This document shows, piece after piece, positions 47,231 through 59,880 of a stretch of 64,000 bases of DNA; the first letter of the stretch is position 1, and each line of letters begins with the position of its first letter. The DNA is taken from the NCBI GenBank assembly GCA_013265495.1, contig MU063897.1, positions 6,412,489 through 6,476,488 of the forward strand, written 5' to 3'. Under the pieces are notes generated by a model. The model was not told where the DNA came from, made no database searches, and worked only from the letters and a program-made list of their open reading frames with translations. The translations under genes were made by a program, and so were the position numbers. Source of the stretch: Vicugna vicugna (Eukaryota).

Positions 47231-47705
47231 TCACTGCTGTCTTTGATGATGATTTGCAGCAGCCCAGGACTGCTGGGTTAGTCAGCGGGTGAGGGTCATG
47301 TGGGCAGCACGTGCCCTCCCGGGCCCACATTCCAGTGGGACACTTGGGAGCATCAACAGTTAAGAGCAATGACTGCTAACCCTGGGCATCTGAACGGCAT
47401 GACCATTATATTTTCTGTTATCTCATCTGCTCCTTACAATAACCTGTGAGCTAGAAAGAATTTACAGGAACACCTGTTCCCCAGATGTGAGGACGCCCTC
47501 ACCTGGCAGCCCTGGGGGTCAAGGGGAATGAGGAGCAAGCCCTGGCAGCAGGAGTCTGGGGCACCCTGGTCCCCGTCCCCTGGTCCATCTTTGCTCAGCC
47601 TTGTTGGCCCTGTCAGCTCTCCCTCTGCTTGTGTCCCCACCTCCCGAGCCTCTCTGGCTGGCCTCCTCACCCAAGCAAACGGGAGAGGCCTGAGGTACCA
47701 CTTAC

Positions 47706-47797
47706 TCTTTTGGGGGATTGACATCCTCTGGCCGGGCCTCAAAGAACCGGAAGACTTCATCACACTGTGAAATGTGGGGAGGCAGCCGGACAAGTGC
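47706..47797 (-). CDS. SH3PXD2A: SH3PXD2A coding exon, 92 bp, end of PX domain: ALVRLPPHISQCDEVFRFFEARPEDVNPPK(E); exon 5
   Basis: Peptide is visible in ORF 47702..47935(-) and is diagnostic of Tks5 rather than Tks4. Branch-like CCTAAT, pyrimidine tract and CAG acceptor; donor AGA|GTAAGT; phase 0 to 2. Confidence 0.97.
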
Positions 47798-48939
47798 CTG
47801 TGGAAAGACAGGAAGAAAGGGCATTAGGCCTGATGAAACTGGGCACAGGAAAAGCAAAAGCAGGGTCAAACAGTGATGGGGAGGCTCAAGGGCAGTGCCA
47901 GGGAAGACACAGTCAACTGGCCACCACCCCCTCACCCAGACAACTAATCAGCAGATTAACTCATCAGCTAACTCGTGAAACAACTCTCCATCCAGCCATT
48001 CATCCCTCCCTCCCTCCCTCCTCCTTCATATTGCCCAAGAGGAGAGAGAGGGTCAGGGAGGCCACGTGGCCTGCCCACAGTTGGGAAGGACCTTTCTAGA
48101 AGGTAAACTTCATTTGGGCAGGGACTTTAGTCTGTTCTGTTGGCTGCTGTGTCCCCAGATCCTGGAAGAGCACCTGGCACTCAGTAGGTATTTGTTCAAA
48201 TGAATGAACGAATAAGGGTTTGGTGTGCAGGGGCCCACTGTCCAGCAGGAATGGGACATGATGATGGGGCAAAAAAAGCACATGTGGTCTTAGGCTGCAT
48301 GGACAGAAGTACAGTGTTGAGGAAGAGAGACGTGATTGTTTACTTCTACTCTGAGCTGGTCGGGTAACAATTCCAGTGTGGCATCGAGCCCGATGGCCCC
48401 TCCTGGTGCCAAACCCACACCCGGACAAGACGGGACAAGACCTGACTGTAGCAGCTAAGACAACACTGTGCAACTCCCATGTTCCTTCCAGAGCCCATGG
48501 CTTTCCAACGTTCTCCAACAGATCACATCCCCATAAACAGGCGGGAAATAGAAAAGAAAGGAAATTAACATTTAATGAGCAACTCCATGTGTCAGGCACT
48601 GTCCTAGACCCCTGGACTCTCCAATCAGCCAACAAACATTTTCAGTGCCCTGGTGGTATAGGAGGAGCCAGACGCAGCTCCTACCCTCACCAGTGCACAG
48701 CAGGTGATGCACCACGCATTTCGTCCTGGAGGTACACATCATTGCTTCCATTTGCAATGGGGACACTGAGGCTGTTGGGGAGTGAAGTCACAACTTCCAG
48801 TAAGTGACAGAATGAAGCCTTGTGTTCAGATGTCAGATGGGAGGAACGCACCCCCAAAGTGTTCATGTTTTCATCTAACACACGTGGTGTGTGCTGTTTT
48901 CTCTCCCAGGAAGGGCAGAAGGAAACAAAAACTGAGGAA

Positions 48940-49045
48940 GAAGAGAGAGAGAGGCAGAGGGAGGGAGAGAGATAGAGAGACAGAGAAAGAGACAAAGACA
49001 GAAAGAGACATAGAGAGAGACAGAGACACAGAGAGAGAGAGAAGC
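48940..49045. repeat. (GA)/(GACA)-rich purine tract
   Basis: Read directly. Confidence 0.85.
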
Positions 49046-49789
49046 GGAACTCAGGCATGTGCAGAGAGCAAGGGCTCCTGGTGGGAGGAGGAGGGTTTCT
49101 GGAGGGAGCACTAAAGGGCCAGGACGGGCAGGAGGCAGGAGGCAGAAGGCAGAGGCAGGAGGGAACCATTACCAGGGACCCAGGCTGTGTGCAGAGCTGC
49201 TGCCAGGGTGACCTCCCCGACAGGCAGAGGGAGGGGAGGCAGGGCAGGAGCCCTCCCAGCTCAGCGCGTGGCCACCCACCCCAGGCACAGCCCGGCCGCC
49301 GGCTCACCCCGCAGCAGCGCTGAACACAGGGGCTCTTCATGCCGACAGAGACCAGCATTCCGGGAGCAGGGGACGCGTGGGCTGGAAGGGCCTCAGACAA
49401 AGAGGCCTTTTGGTGAAACCACTGCGGCATCTTTATTTAACAGGGAGCCCCGAGGGGAGCCGCATTGAGGGCTCGTCCTGATTTCAGGCTGACAAGAGGC
49501 TCTCGGCTCAGAGCAGCTTCCATTAGAGCTGCCGCCAAGCCCAGCTCTGGCCAAAATTATTTGGCAGAAGAGCTAGGTGCTGAGAGGTCAGTCCCTGAGG
49601 CCTGGGCTGGCGATGACAGCCAGAGCAGGGAACCCCCAAACTTAGCTGTTCTGGGAGGAGCAGGTAGGGGCCAATACCTGGGCACCTTCAGGGGCACCAC
49701 CTCCCACTCATATCTAAAACTCTGCCATGGGACATTCAGGATGTACACCATGGGGTGGCTAAGTCTGGGCTTCGGGGGTAGGGAGATGT

Positions 49790-50530
49790 GAGTTTGAGTC
49801 CTAGCTCTACGGGTCACAGGCTATGTGATGCTGAATGCACTGCTTGCCCTCTCTGAGCTCAGTACAACGGATTTCATGTGACACCTCCCTATTAGGAGGT
49901 TAAATGAGATCATGAATATGAGGAGCCTAGCACAGTGCCTGGTACTGAGGAAACAGTAAAATTTAGTTATACTGTTGTCTTCGTTGTCATCACCCTTTAG
50001 GTGACAACAGAGAGGCACACTAGAAAGAACAGGAGTCAGGAGATCTCAATTCTAGGTCCAGTTCTCCTGTCATATACTTGCTACGTGACCTTGGGCAGCT
50101 CACCTCACCTCTCTGGTTGTCGTTTCTTCTAGGATAAAACAGACTAGCTTTGGAATCTCAAACTGTATCTCATGGAACACCTTTTTGAGGAGGTAAAGTG
50201 AGTTCTATGGGCACATGTGAAAGGTGCCTTGTAGATCCCCGTTTTGGTCTTGGCGAGCACCATGTTCATTAGCACAGCAAAGGCTCTGAGAAGTCCTGCA
50301 GGAAAGAAACCTATAGAGCTGTGTTCAGGCCAGTATTTATTAATTACAATGACATCCTGGGAGATGGACTCATTTAATCATCACATTAACTCTAAAACAT
50401 ATGTCTAACTATGATTCCAATTTTACAGAAGAAGAAACTGAAGCACAGAGAGGTTAAATCATTTCTCAAGGTCACACAACTAGTAAGTAGCAAGAGTTTG
50501 AATTAGGTTGTCTGAGCCCAGAGCCTATGC
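49790..50530. mobile_element. Cluster of MIR copies (about 49790-49965, 50020-50150, 50350-50530) with an intervening possible hAT fragment
   Basis: Repeated MIR cores, e.g. TTTTACAGAAGAAGAAACTGAAGCACAGAGAGGTTAAAT..TTTCTCAAGGTCACACAACT. Confidence 0.55.
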
Positions 50531-53500
50531 TCTGTCTGATCTGCTGCTCTGCACTGTCTGCTGCGTTACCCACAGGTCTCTGTTGTACTGGTTTTCCAAA
50601 TAATTCCTACTGACAGCCCATGGAACACAGCTGGGCAAATCCAGGCTAGAGACATTCGAAGTTTCTTCTAGCTCTAACAGTCATTGGCTTTAGGACTGTA
50701 AACAGCACCATTATCAGTGTCTAATCTATCACAAAGCCCTGTCTTTGCAAGCACAGCAGTGGCATGGAAGGGGGCCCCCCTGTGCTCAGACCCTCTGCTT
50801 TGAAATGATCTCCCTCCATTTAGCCCACGGTTCTGGGTGACATCTGTCCCAGGACAAAAAGCAAAGTTCTGCATTTGGAAAAACAACTGTGGGTGCCCTG
50901 CTCTTTCCATAGGATCAAACGTTTTCCTATTTTTAGTTGTATCATTTGTGTTTCTAATCAATGGAAACCGTATAGGTAAAAGCCCAGCGATTCTCCGGTG
51001 GGGTGGGGTGCAGGGGGGCTGCAGTCCTGCCCATTTGGCCCCCACCCCCACCCCTGGGGCTGCTTCTAACCTGCCTGAACTGTCCCTCCTAGATTAGCAT
51101 CTACGAAGCTGGGGGCTCATCCAACTTCTGCAGAGCAGAGTATTTCAAACACATGAGTTCTCTTTTTGAAGGATCTGAGCAGCAACTTCTTTTGAAATGG
51201 AAATAGTGCCTAACTGGCAATTGCAGTTTAAACCATTTCACAAGGGGTCCTGGTAATTGGGCCCTCAGGGACATGTCACCCTCCTCAGAGGTTTCCTCTG
51301 CTTGTGTGTGATCTTTGCATCTTGTCTTCAGATACTGGCTGGACTCCCATGTGGGGCCAGGCTTCCAGCTTGTTAGTGAAGACACAAAGATAACAGATGG
51401 GGACTTCAAGGGGCGCTTGGTCTGGAGAAGATGGACACACAGAAATTATCCTTCTACAGAGGGTCAATGTGCAGCGTGGACGCATGCATGGAGTTTTCTG
51501 GGGAGCGGAACAGCAGGGGTGGGCAGCTTCTCCTGGGCAGCTGGGAGGCTTCTGGGAGGGGTGCTGGGGGAGCTGAAGGCACCCCCAGGAAAGGGACTAG
51601 CACAGGCCAAGGGCAGGAGCCTAAGGGAGTCTGGCCAGCTGGGAATGGCTGCACTTCTGAGGACTGGACTGCAGGGCGTGGAGGAGAGGTGGGAACTGAG
51701 GCTGAAGCAGTGCTTGGAACTACCTGACAGAGGGTCCGGCTGAGCCACTCAGAGCCTCTTGTGAGCAATGGGGCTCCTCTAAAGGCCTTTAAGGAGAAAG
51801 TCGACACAGTCAACTTTATCCCAGGCTGGGAATGCTTCTTCGTAGGTCTGTCTGGACTGGAGGTGATGAAGAGATTCTGCCCCCTGGGTTCCCACCGAGT
51901 ACCAGACCACTCAGGAGGCCTGGGTGCATTAGTCTGGGTGCATGCGGCTCTCTGCCTCAGTCTCCCCCTTCAGCAGCACTCTTGGCCCAGGCCTGCCTCA
52001 GAATGAGTGGCACAAGAACAGTTACTCTCTCTGTATCTAGGACTAAGCATGCCAGGAAGGAGGCTGTTCCTGTTGCAACATGAACCTTTCTCTTTACTAA
52101 GGTGAGAGACAAGGGCCATGGTAGAAAACTCCTATGGTGGGAGGGAGAATACCTGGGGCCAAGAACTCCCACCAAGTAATAGCCCCAGTTTTCAAATCTG
52201 GGAAGTGGGGCTAAAAGTGAGTACGACTGGGAGATGCAGAGGGTTGGGAGGGGAGATCCTTACCCCTCCAGGGCTGACCCCTTTACTGGGCTTGGAGTCC
52301 CTCTCCCAGCCTAACTACAGCCAGCCCCTCATCCTTCCACAAAGCAAGTCTTTGATCCTGAAAGCAAGTCTGTCGTGGGCAGCAGATAACAGAAGCAAGC
52401 TTGGCTTTTTGGGTAGCAAAAAAATCCTAGTCGCACCCAACAGGAAATGGAGACTTGTATAAATGTCATTGCAGAGGGTGAGCTGATCATTCTCAAACAC
52501 TCTCTCTCACTGACCCTCAACCCCGCAATATTTATTTTATCCCCAAGACAAACACTGCAAACATGTATTTCACATGCAGGAATGGAATGGATGGAGTCAC
52601 GTATGGGGTAGATTGTTTGTCTGAGCCCCTAAAGTGTAGCTCACACTTATTAGTGAGATGAAAGTATTCAAATTGTTGAGGCCACAGAACCATTAAATAC
52701 TAACCACATAACCATGTTGCCCATTAAATTAATTTACGGAGTTACAGAAATGCCTTTGGAACCCCTCTTGATAGACACCGGCCCTCAAGAGCCACATAAA
52801 ACAATCACCCGGCTGGTGCTTGGTAAATTTTCCGTGACGCTCATCCAATCTGCTCCATATATGTTTAAAATTAACACTGAGATCTGGGCTGTGAAACTGC
52901 CATTAGGCAGAGGGACTGGCTGGCCAGCGAGGACAGGGAGTCCGAAGTCTGGGGAGGTCTGCTGCATGGTCAGACTTTCCACGTCGGAGTCCTGGCAGAG
53001 GACCTGGCTACTCTGTACAAAGCCAGCTTCACAGTTTTGGGTGCATTTGAATTCCCAGCAAATCCCAGATTCAGAGCCCACACTGTCCAGCAGATCCAAG
53101 GAAGATTCCAGCCAGCCAAGCAGAGCTGCACTGGCAGGGTGCTGGAAATAAAACTCTAGAGGTTCTAAGTGGTGTGTCCAAGGACAGGTAGAGACAAGGG
53201 AGGGCTGGCCATGGGCAGGCTGTACATGGCCCTGACTGTGAAGTTGGCTGTTGGGGGCATTGATGCTGAGTGAAAGGCTGGATCTTAAGTTGCACAAACT
53301 GGACTTTTGGGTGGCAGAGCTGAGAAGTGCAACGCTGGGGGGCAGTGACTATGGGCTGCAGCTGGACTCATCCCTAATGACCATTCCAAGGTCATTCCAA
53401 GGTCTCAGACAATCAGATCACAGATCCCAGTTTTCTAGTTCAGCAGAATGAAAGGTCACTTCTGCACCGCCCCTTCCCCTCTGCCATTCACAGAGTAAAT

Positions 53501-54329
53501 TACGGCCTGCAAGCTGCCTGGCTGCTTGGTGAACCCATGACAGTGCTCCTTGTTGCCTGGCTCTGAGTAGTTCTCATCTGTGCTAATCAGGTTAGGAGGC
53601 CCCTCCTCTTATCGACCCCTTGCACTTAAACGGCTCCCCAGACACCAGCAGCACTCATGCAGCCCCAGAGGCTGTCAGAATCCCATCCCAATTCAGGAGT
53701 CCTGTTCAAAGCCTGAGCTCAGGAGATAAGATGTTATCGGGTTCCTGCTCCCAATGACCCAGGAGATGGCATTTCCACAGAGCCCGACTGCAGATGCCTC
53801 GGGCTCCCCCAGCTCAGGGAGGCTGAGGCTGACGTGAGCCACAGACCCCAGCTGAAAGAGGCCTCCTCCTGCCCTTTGCCCCTCCTCCATTAGCTGTGCC
53901 CATTTGTTTAACTGCTTGGGAACGGAAGAGAGAAATAAAATCTCAGACTACAGCCATCAATTTAACTGGAAATGGCAAATGCCCTTTAAAGAGAAAAATG
54001 AATATTGATCTGAAGAAGAGAAATTTCTAGCTTAAAGAAATTCACCACAGGGGCATCCTTCTAAGTTAAGGCAAAAAATGTGACCAAGTATATAACCTGT
54101 ACACAGTTACAAAATTTAAACATGGGTTAATGGAGAGTATGTGGGAGCACTTGTCTCCCCAAAGTCTTGGGAACACCGGTTAGTGAATTAGCAAATTTGT
54201 TCTTGTTTAAACATTTTGTTGACAAGAATAATGATTCCAAATTATAAAATATTTGTGAGGGACCTTATGGTAGCAATTCCAAGTTGGGACAGAATATTTC
54301 AGAAGTTACAACACTGTATATATACATAC

Positions 54330-54845
54330 TCTTCTGCTCAACCCTTCATGAACCCCGTGAGATAGTTGTTTTTACCTCCATTTTACAGATCGGGAAACTG
54401 GAGCTCAGAGAGGTAAAGCAAACTTGCCAAGGTCACACAGCTAGTAGGTGGGGCACTGGGATTTGACCCCAGCTCTTCTCACTCTAAGCCAGCACTTGCA
54501 ACGAAATATTATTCCCCATTTGCTTCTCCCCAAGATTCTTGAGTCAGACTCCACGGTAGATTTCATTTAACTGAAAAATTCCATCTCCATTAAAGCCAGT
54601 GGTGCCCAGTGGTAACATTAAATTGTTTATGCTTTGTAATAATAATAACAAAAAACTCATGTCCACTGAATGAGTCCTCTGTGCCGGACACTATGTGCTG
54701 CTGCCTCATGCATGTCAGTTCATTACACCCTCTGCAAAGGCACTGCTCTCCTGCCTCTTATACAGATGTGGAAACTGAGGCGCTGGGAAGTTCAGTAACT
54801 TGCCCAAGTTCACGAAGCCAGTCAGGGGTTTTAACCCAGGTGGTC
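54330..54845. mobile_element. Two MIR copies (about 54330-54490 and 54640-54845)
   Basis: CCATTTTACAGAT.GGGAAACTGGAGCTCAGAGAGGTAAAGCAACTTGCCAAGGTCACACAGCT core. Confidence 0.7.
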
Positions 54846-55522
54846 TGGCCATCTGGAGGCCATGTGCCAAGGCCACTGAAGTGGGAGTCTCTTCTCACTG
54901 CAGGGATCCCGGGCTCTAGACAAGGTACAAAGACAAACGGGCTCTCCTTCATGGCCTTTTTGTCACTGTCCGCCTGCTCTTTGGCATGGCTGTTCTAAAG
55001 CACATGCTGTGTGTGTGTTTGGGGGGCATGTGTGAGCATTTGCATTTATAACAATGTGTACATGAATGTCTGTAGCTAAGAAGACTTCAGCAAATAAACT
55101 TTGGCATTTTGGATGCTGCTGGACTCAGGACCAATTTCAAAAATGTTCCAAAGGGAATTCAAAGAAAGTTTTCCCGTATCCAGCAAAATGCCACACACAG
55201 AATCCCTGAATTGAGACGCCCCTGAATTGAGCTCCCAAGCCAGTGGAAGTGATTTCAAAGACTGTTTTGTAAACACAGACGTGTCCTGAAAGGAGCAGAG
55301 GTTCCGCTGTGAGCCCAAGGCCCTCATGCCCCAGAGGTGGCCTAGTCATGGGGTGACCTTCTCCCCAAGGGACACCCACACCCACCTCTCTGGCCAGGAA
55401 ACGCCAGGCCTCAGGATGCATCTGCTAAACCACAGCAGTTTTTGTACAGACCACCTTCTTTCACAGATGGACAGATTCTCCGGCAGATGGACTGCCCCTC
55501 CCTACTCCAGACACACTCTTAC

Positions 55523-55599
55523 CCGGCAGTACTCATCAATGGGCTTCAGCCTCTTCACAGCTACGTCCCGGATGTGGCTTCTCCGGAAGAGGATTTTGC
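55523..55599 (-). CDS. SH3PXD2A: SH3PXD2A (Tks5) coding exon, 77 bp, PX domain: (G)[25 protein letters not shown]; exon 4 by human numbering
   Basis: Minus-strand translation matches the Tks5 PX domain as recalled. Acceptor CTCTCTTCCAG, donor CGG|GTAAGA. Phase 1 to phase 0 joins the 47797 exon in frame. Confidence 0.96.
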
Positions 55600-56639
55600 C
55601 TGGAAGAGAGATGCTCATGAACTGGGTGATGCTGCCACAGGGACCTGAGACCCTAGCCTTTCATTCCCCTCTCCCTCAGCATCTCAGCATTGTAGCTGGC
55701 TGACAAGTGCCATCACCTCTGCCAGTTGCCAAGGAAACAAGAGAGGAGTGGTCACCTCTCCCAGGGGGCAGGAGGTGCCGAAGGCTCTTGGGCAGATGAG
55801 GAGCCTGGGAGGCTGCCATCTTGGCCAAATCACCTTGTCTGGGTCTAATGGCAGGACCAGTGCCCCGACATGGGTGTGGCTCTCAAGTGACCTCCCAAAT
55901 AAATACAAAGGATGGCCCAACCCACATGCTGTGTTTTGCTTTCAGGCCCATCCCTCCTTGAGAAATCGGCATTTGTTCCTGCCAGCCAGACAGGAATTCC
56001 TATTCTTAGTTTAGGTGGGTGGCTATTTCCACTGCAGGCACAGACTAATACAAGGGAGTCTGGCTGCCCCAGCCTGACTGTTCTCCAGCCTTTCTGTACA
56101 CACAGCCTCCAGCCGTGCGGTCCCCTGCATCTGGGCAGGTGTACCCACCTCTATAGGTCTGGGCAAGGCCCCTAAACCTTCCCAGAAGGCTCTTCTGAAT
56201 TAGCCAAATTCAACTATAACAAAGAGATCAACATGTAGTCCTTTTACAGTGGGTTAAATTTAGAACGTGAACTCCCTGGTCTGACGTTCAAGGCCTAACA
56301 CAGCTTCTGCGCCCAGTAGCCGTCAGTGTCTAGACCAGCACCTCCCTTTTAGAAGGCCTTCCCTGATGGCTGAGCTGGGAGTACTCGCCTGCTCTCCACA
56401 TCTGCACATTTTGTCCATTCCTAAGACGCTCACCACATTCTGCTGTGTGTTACAGGTACAAGTATCTGTGAGCCCCCTTCCACAGGGGCCTGGCTCATCT
56501 TAGGGCCCCCAAAGCCCACCCAGCACGTGATGAGGTGCTCCCTTCATCGCTATAACAGGCATTTATTGTCCACGTCCACCCAGCTCCCCTCTGGAGAGAA
56601 CCCCTCCATTCCTAGTCCTTGTGGTTCCACTGGCACTGA

Positions 56640-57115
56640 CCACACCCCTGGCAGCAATGGTAGGCATGTGACCCAGCCTAGCCAACTAGAGCCACAGTGA
56701 CCGGCTCAGAGATGGGCAGGGGGCCCAGTCTGGGCCAATGAGGGTCAGCCCCGAGACTTCTGCTGGCACTATCTTCCTGCCACAGGTTCTCCCACAGTTG
56801 CTAAGCTGGAGGATGAAAGCCTGGTGCGTCTAGAGGCCATTCTTTATTACCGCCTGAGAAGGAAACCGACCAAGACGAAGGATCTGAGGGTAGGTGCTCA
56901 ATAAACGTTTCCTGAATGACTGAAAAGCAGAGCCGAGAGATGGTGATGGGGATATTCCTTTGACATCATTTGAGCAGCTGAATATAGCTGTTCCTGAACC
57001 CAGAACTCACCTGAAACTTTCCAATTGTATAAGATAATCCAATTAAAAAAATTTAAATTAGTGGGAGATGGATTTTCATCACTTGCATTAATGGAGTCCA
57101 AATGAGATGATTCCC
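56640..57115 (+). mobile_element. MLT1 (J/I/K-like) MaLR LTR
   Basis: GCATGTGACCCAG, GGGCCAATGAG, TTTGAGCAGCTGAAT..AGCTGTTCCTGAA and TCACTTGCA..AA.GAGTCC motifs. Confidence 0.6.
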
Positions 57116-57199
57116 ATCGCAAGTGGACAAATATGTAGATTGCATGTAAATCCACTTAAGCTTCTTCTATCCAGGTCCAAGTGAAGTACTAAGCATTGC

Positions 57200-57480
57200 T
57201 TTGGTTTAGGCTTTTTCCCCAGAAGTAAATCCAGAGACAAGGAGGTGAGTGCAAGTCGATTATTTGGGAAGTATCCCTGGAATTACCAGTAGGGGAGGGG
57301 GGCATTAAGGCAGGGCAGGAGGAAAGTACCATCCAGCCCCCCCATCACTGCTGGGGAGCAGCAGCTCAGTTCTGTTGGGGAACTCCGGGGGATGGTGCAG
57401 AACGGACCTCAGAGGCATCCCGACCTGAGGCAGGGCAAGGTGGCTGGGGTATCTATCACCAGCTTCCTGCTTGTCCTTGA
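57200..57480. mobile_element. Old ERVL/MaLR-type LTR fragment
   Basis: CCCCAGAAG...GAGACAAGGA..TGAGTGCAAGT..ATTATTTGGGAAG motif. Confidence 0.45.
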
Positions 57481-59689
57481 GCTTCTGAGAGCACCGCTTC
57501 TCTGGCACTTCTGGCCAGGCGTGCTCCTGCAGCTAGGACAAGAACCCCAGCAGCTGCTGGCAGGTGGAGGTGAATGGGAAGGCGACCTGGGGGGGCCCAG
57601 AAGCAGCTGCTACAGGTGTCTCTGACTTCCTTGTCACCACAGGTGGTGGTCACCAGCCCTGCTCCAGCCAGACCATGGAACATCTAACTCATCAAGTCAT
57701 CGAGTCGTGTGTGACTGTTACCCGTTCGCGTGTTTCTTCCCTCCACATTCGGTGTGAACCGGCAGCCCCCTTCCGCAGCTGCTTCCCCCGCTTGGAGCCG
57801 CACGCCACACTCAGTACAAGACTTTGCATACAGCAGCCGCCCCAGAGGCACTTGCTGTTCCATGCACTTTCCTTCCCCACAGATGCTCCCTCAAGCTCTG
57901 CTTCCTGCCTTTCTCACGGAAGCCCAGAAGAGTGGCCGTGTCCCCAACAGAGGGACGATGCTGTACAAACTGGACAGTGTCATCAAGATAAATGGGCCCC
58001 TTGGCGTGTTCCTTTTGAAAGGAGATAAAAAGGTGATTCATCAAGACATGGGAGATGGCCACCTTTCCTTGGGAGAAGATGCACGGATTTGGTATTCCTG
58101 GCCTCTTCGCCTCCTACTCTTTTTTGGTTGCCTGTCACTTTATTGCCTGCATGCCACAGGTGAACATGTGTGCAGCCAAGGGGGTGGCATGTGAAATAAA
58201 CACGTGGCCAGGGGAGACCGCTCCCGGATGGACGAAACGACACACAGCCCTGGGGAGGGTTTTGGGCCTTCTACCTGAGCCGGTTGGCTGTCAGGCACTG
58301 GAGGTGGCCCAGGCCTGGTGATGCCAGAGGCGGAGCGGTATCTTGCACGACCCTGGAGGACTTGCTAAGGAGAGGCCACATGAGGGACTGGGACCCCCAG
58401 ATCTGGCTCTGCCCTGTGCTTCTTTCAAAGGGAGAAAACGCGACTTAGCCTCCAAAAAATAGCTCTCCTGCCCTTTCTCATCCTATCTGAGGACAAAAAA
58501 GAAAGGAGAGAGATGCAGAGACAAACTAGGTCCCCTTCCCAGGCCCCCATCACAAGGCTGGCCAAACCTCTGGCTGGGCTAGGTATCTGTGAGATATTCA
58601 GATACAGATACAGACATAGGTACAGATGTAAGATCGGACAGGACCTGATTCAGTAGCAGAGACAGATCTAGCAAAACACACACAGTTAAGGAACAGTTAA
58701 GGCCTCCAGCGGTACAGAAGGTTCGGAGAAGGGAGAACTGGGGTGGGGGAGATGGGGAGGGAGGTGAGCGGGCTCCTCACCCACACTGGCACGGGACCCC
58801 CACAGCGACCCTCAAGCCCACCCTCTGCAAGTGAGACCGCCGTGCCTCTGCGCCAGACACCTCCCATGCCCTCCACTGTTGTCAGGTGCAAAGGCGGAGG
58901 AGAATTTCTGTACAAGCCATTTCCCAGTTGATTTTTTGGAATCCCAACAGGGCTTCTCTCCTTGCCGCTGAAATCCTGACAGGAGCAATGTCTTCCTTCC
59001 TTGGGGCCCTGGCACAGGCAGCGGGGGCGGGGGAGGCGGGGCAGAGGGAGGGAAGATCTGGAAGGGATTCCACGGTCTGGACTTCTCTGTTAGGAATCCA
59101 AACCGCACTCTGAAAGCCAAACCGGTGACCATATTCAAAGGGAGAGAGAGAGGAAAAGGAGGAGGAGGAACATCCCCATTAAGGAAGCGGGGACCACAGG
59201 GCATTAAAGACCTCTTGTAAATGTAATTCAGCCCGCTTACGGCGAGGCCAGGCGAGGCTCCTGCCAGCGCCTTCAAAGCCGTGCCGACGCCGCCCCAGAA
59301 ATACGATAAGTATCATAAGAAAGATTACACGCGGGGCATGAGACAGACCTTGGGACTTAACTCCTTCCTGAGAGTGGGGGAGAGAGCCACTGAGCCCGAC
59401 GGGGTCCGAGCATGTAAGTGGGGGCCCCTCTTCCTGCCGCCCTGGGCTGGGCTGAGAGGGTAGGACCAGCAGAAGGAGCAGGGGCCTCGGCTGGAGTCCT
59501 GCGTTCAAGTCCTGCCTGGGCCACGGGCCGGCAGTGTGACCCTCCACGGGGGCCCTCTGCACGCTCATCTGGAGATGAGAAGGCCAGGCCTCCATGGCCG
59601 CTCCCTCCAGAGTCCTAAGATGTACGTGGTGGGTGGGGTTATCAAGAGGAGCAGAGAGGGAGTGAGGCCAGGCGTAACAGGCGCTAAGT

Positions 59690-59880
59690 GCTTCCTCCCT
59701 GCCAGGCGTAGGCCAAGAGCATTCCGTTGGGGTTTCTTGCTTAATCCTCACCACGACCTTAAAGCAAGTGCTTTTATCATCCCCACTTTGCCCAGGGGGA
59801 GACGGTGGCTCAGAGAGGTTGAAGGACTTGTCCAAAGTCACACAGCTATTAAGTAGCTGAGTTGGGATTTCAACCTGGGG
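59690..59880. mobile_element. MIR
   Basis: CCCCACTTTGCCCAGGGGGAGAC.GTGGCTCAGAGAGGTTGAAGGACTTGTCCAAAGTCACACAGCT core. Confidence 0.65.
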
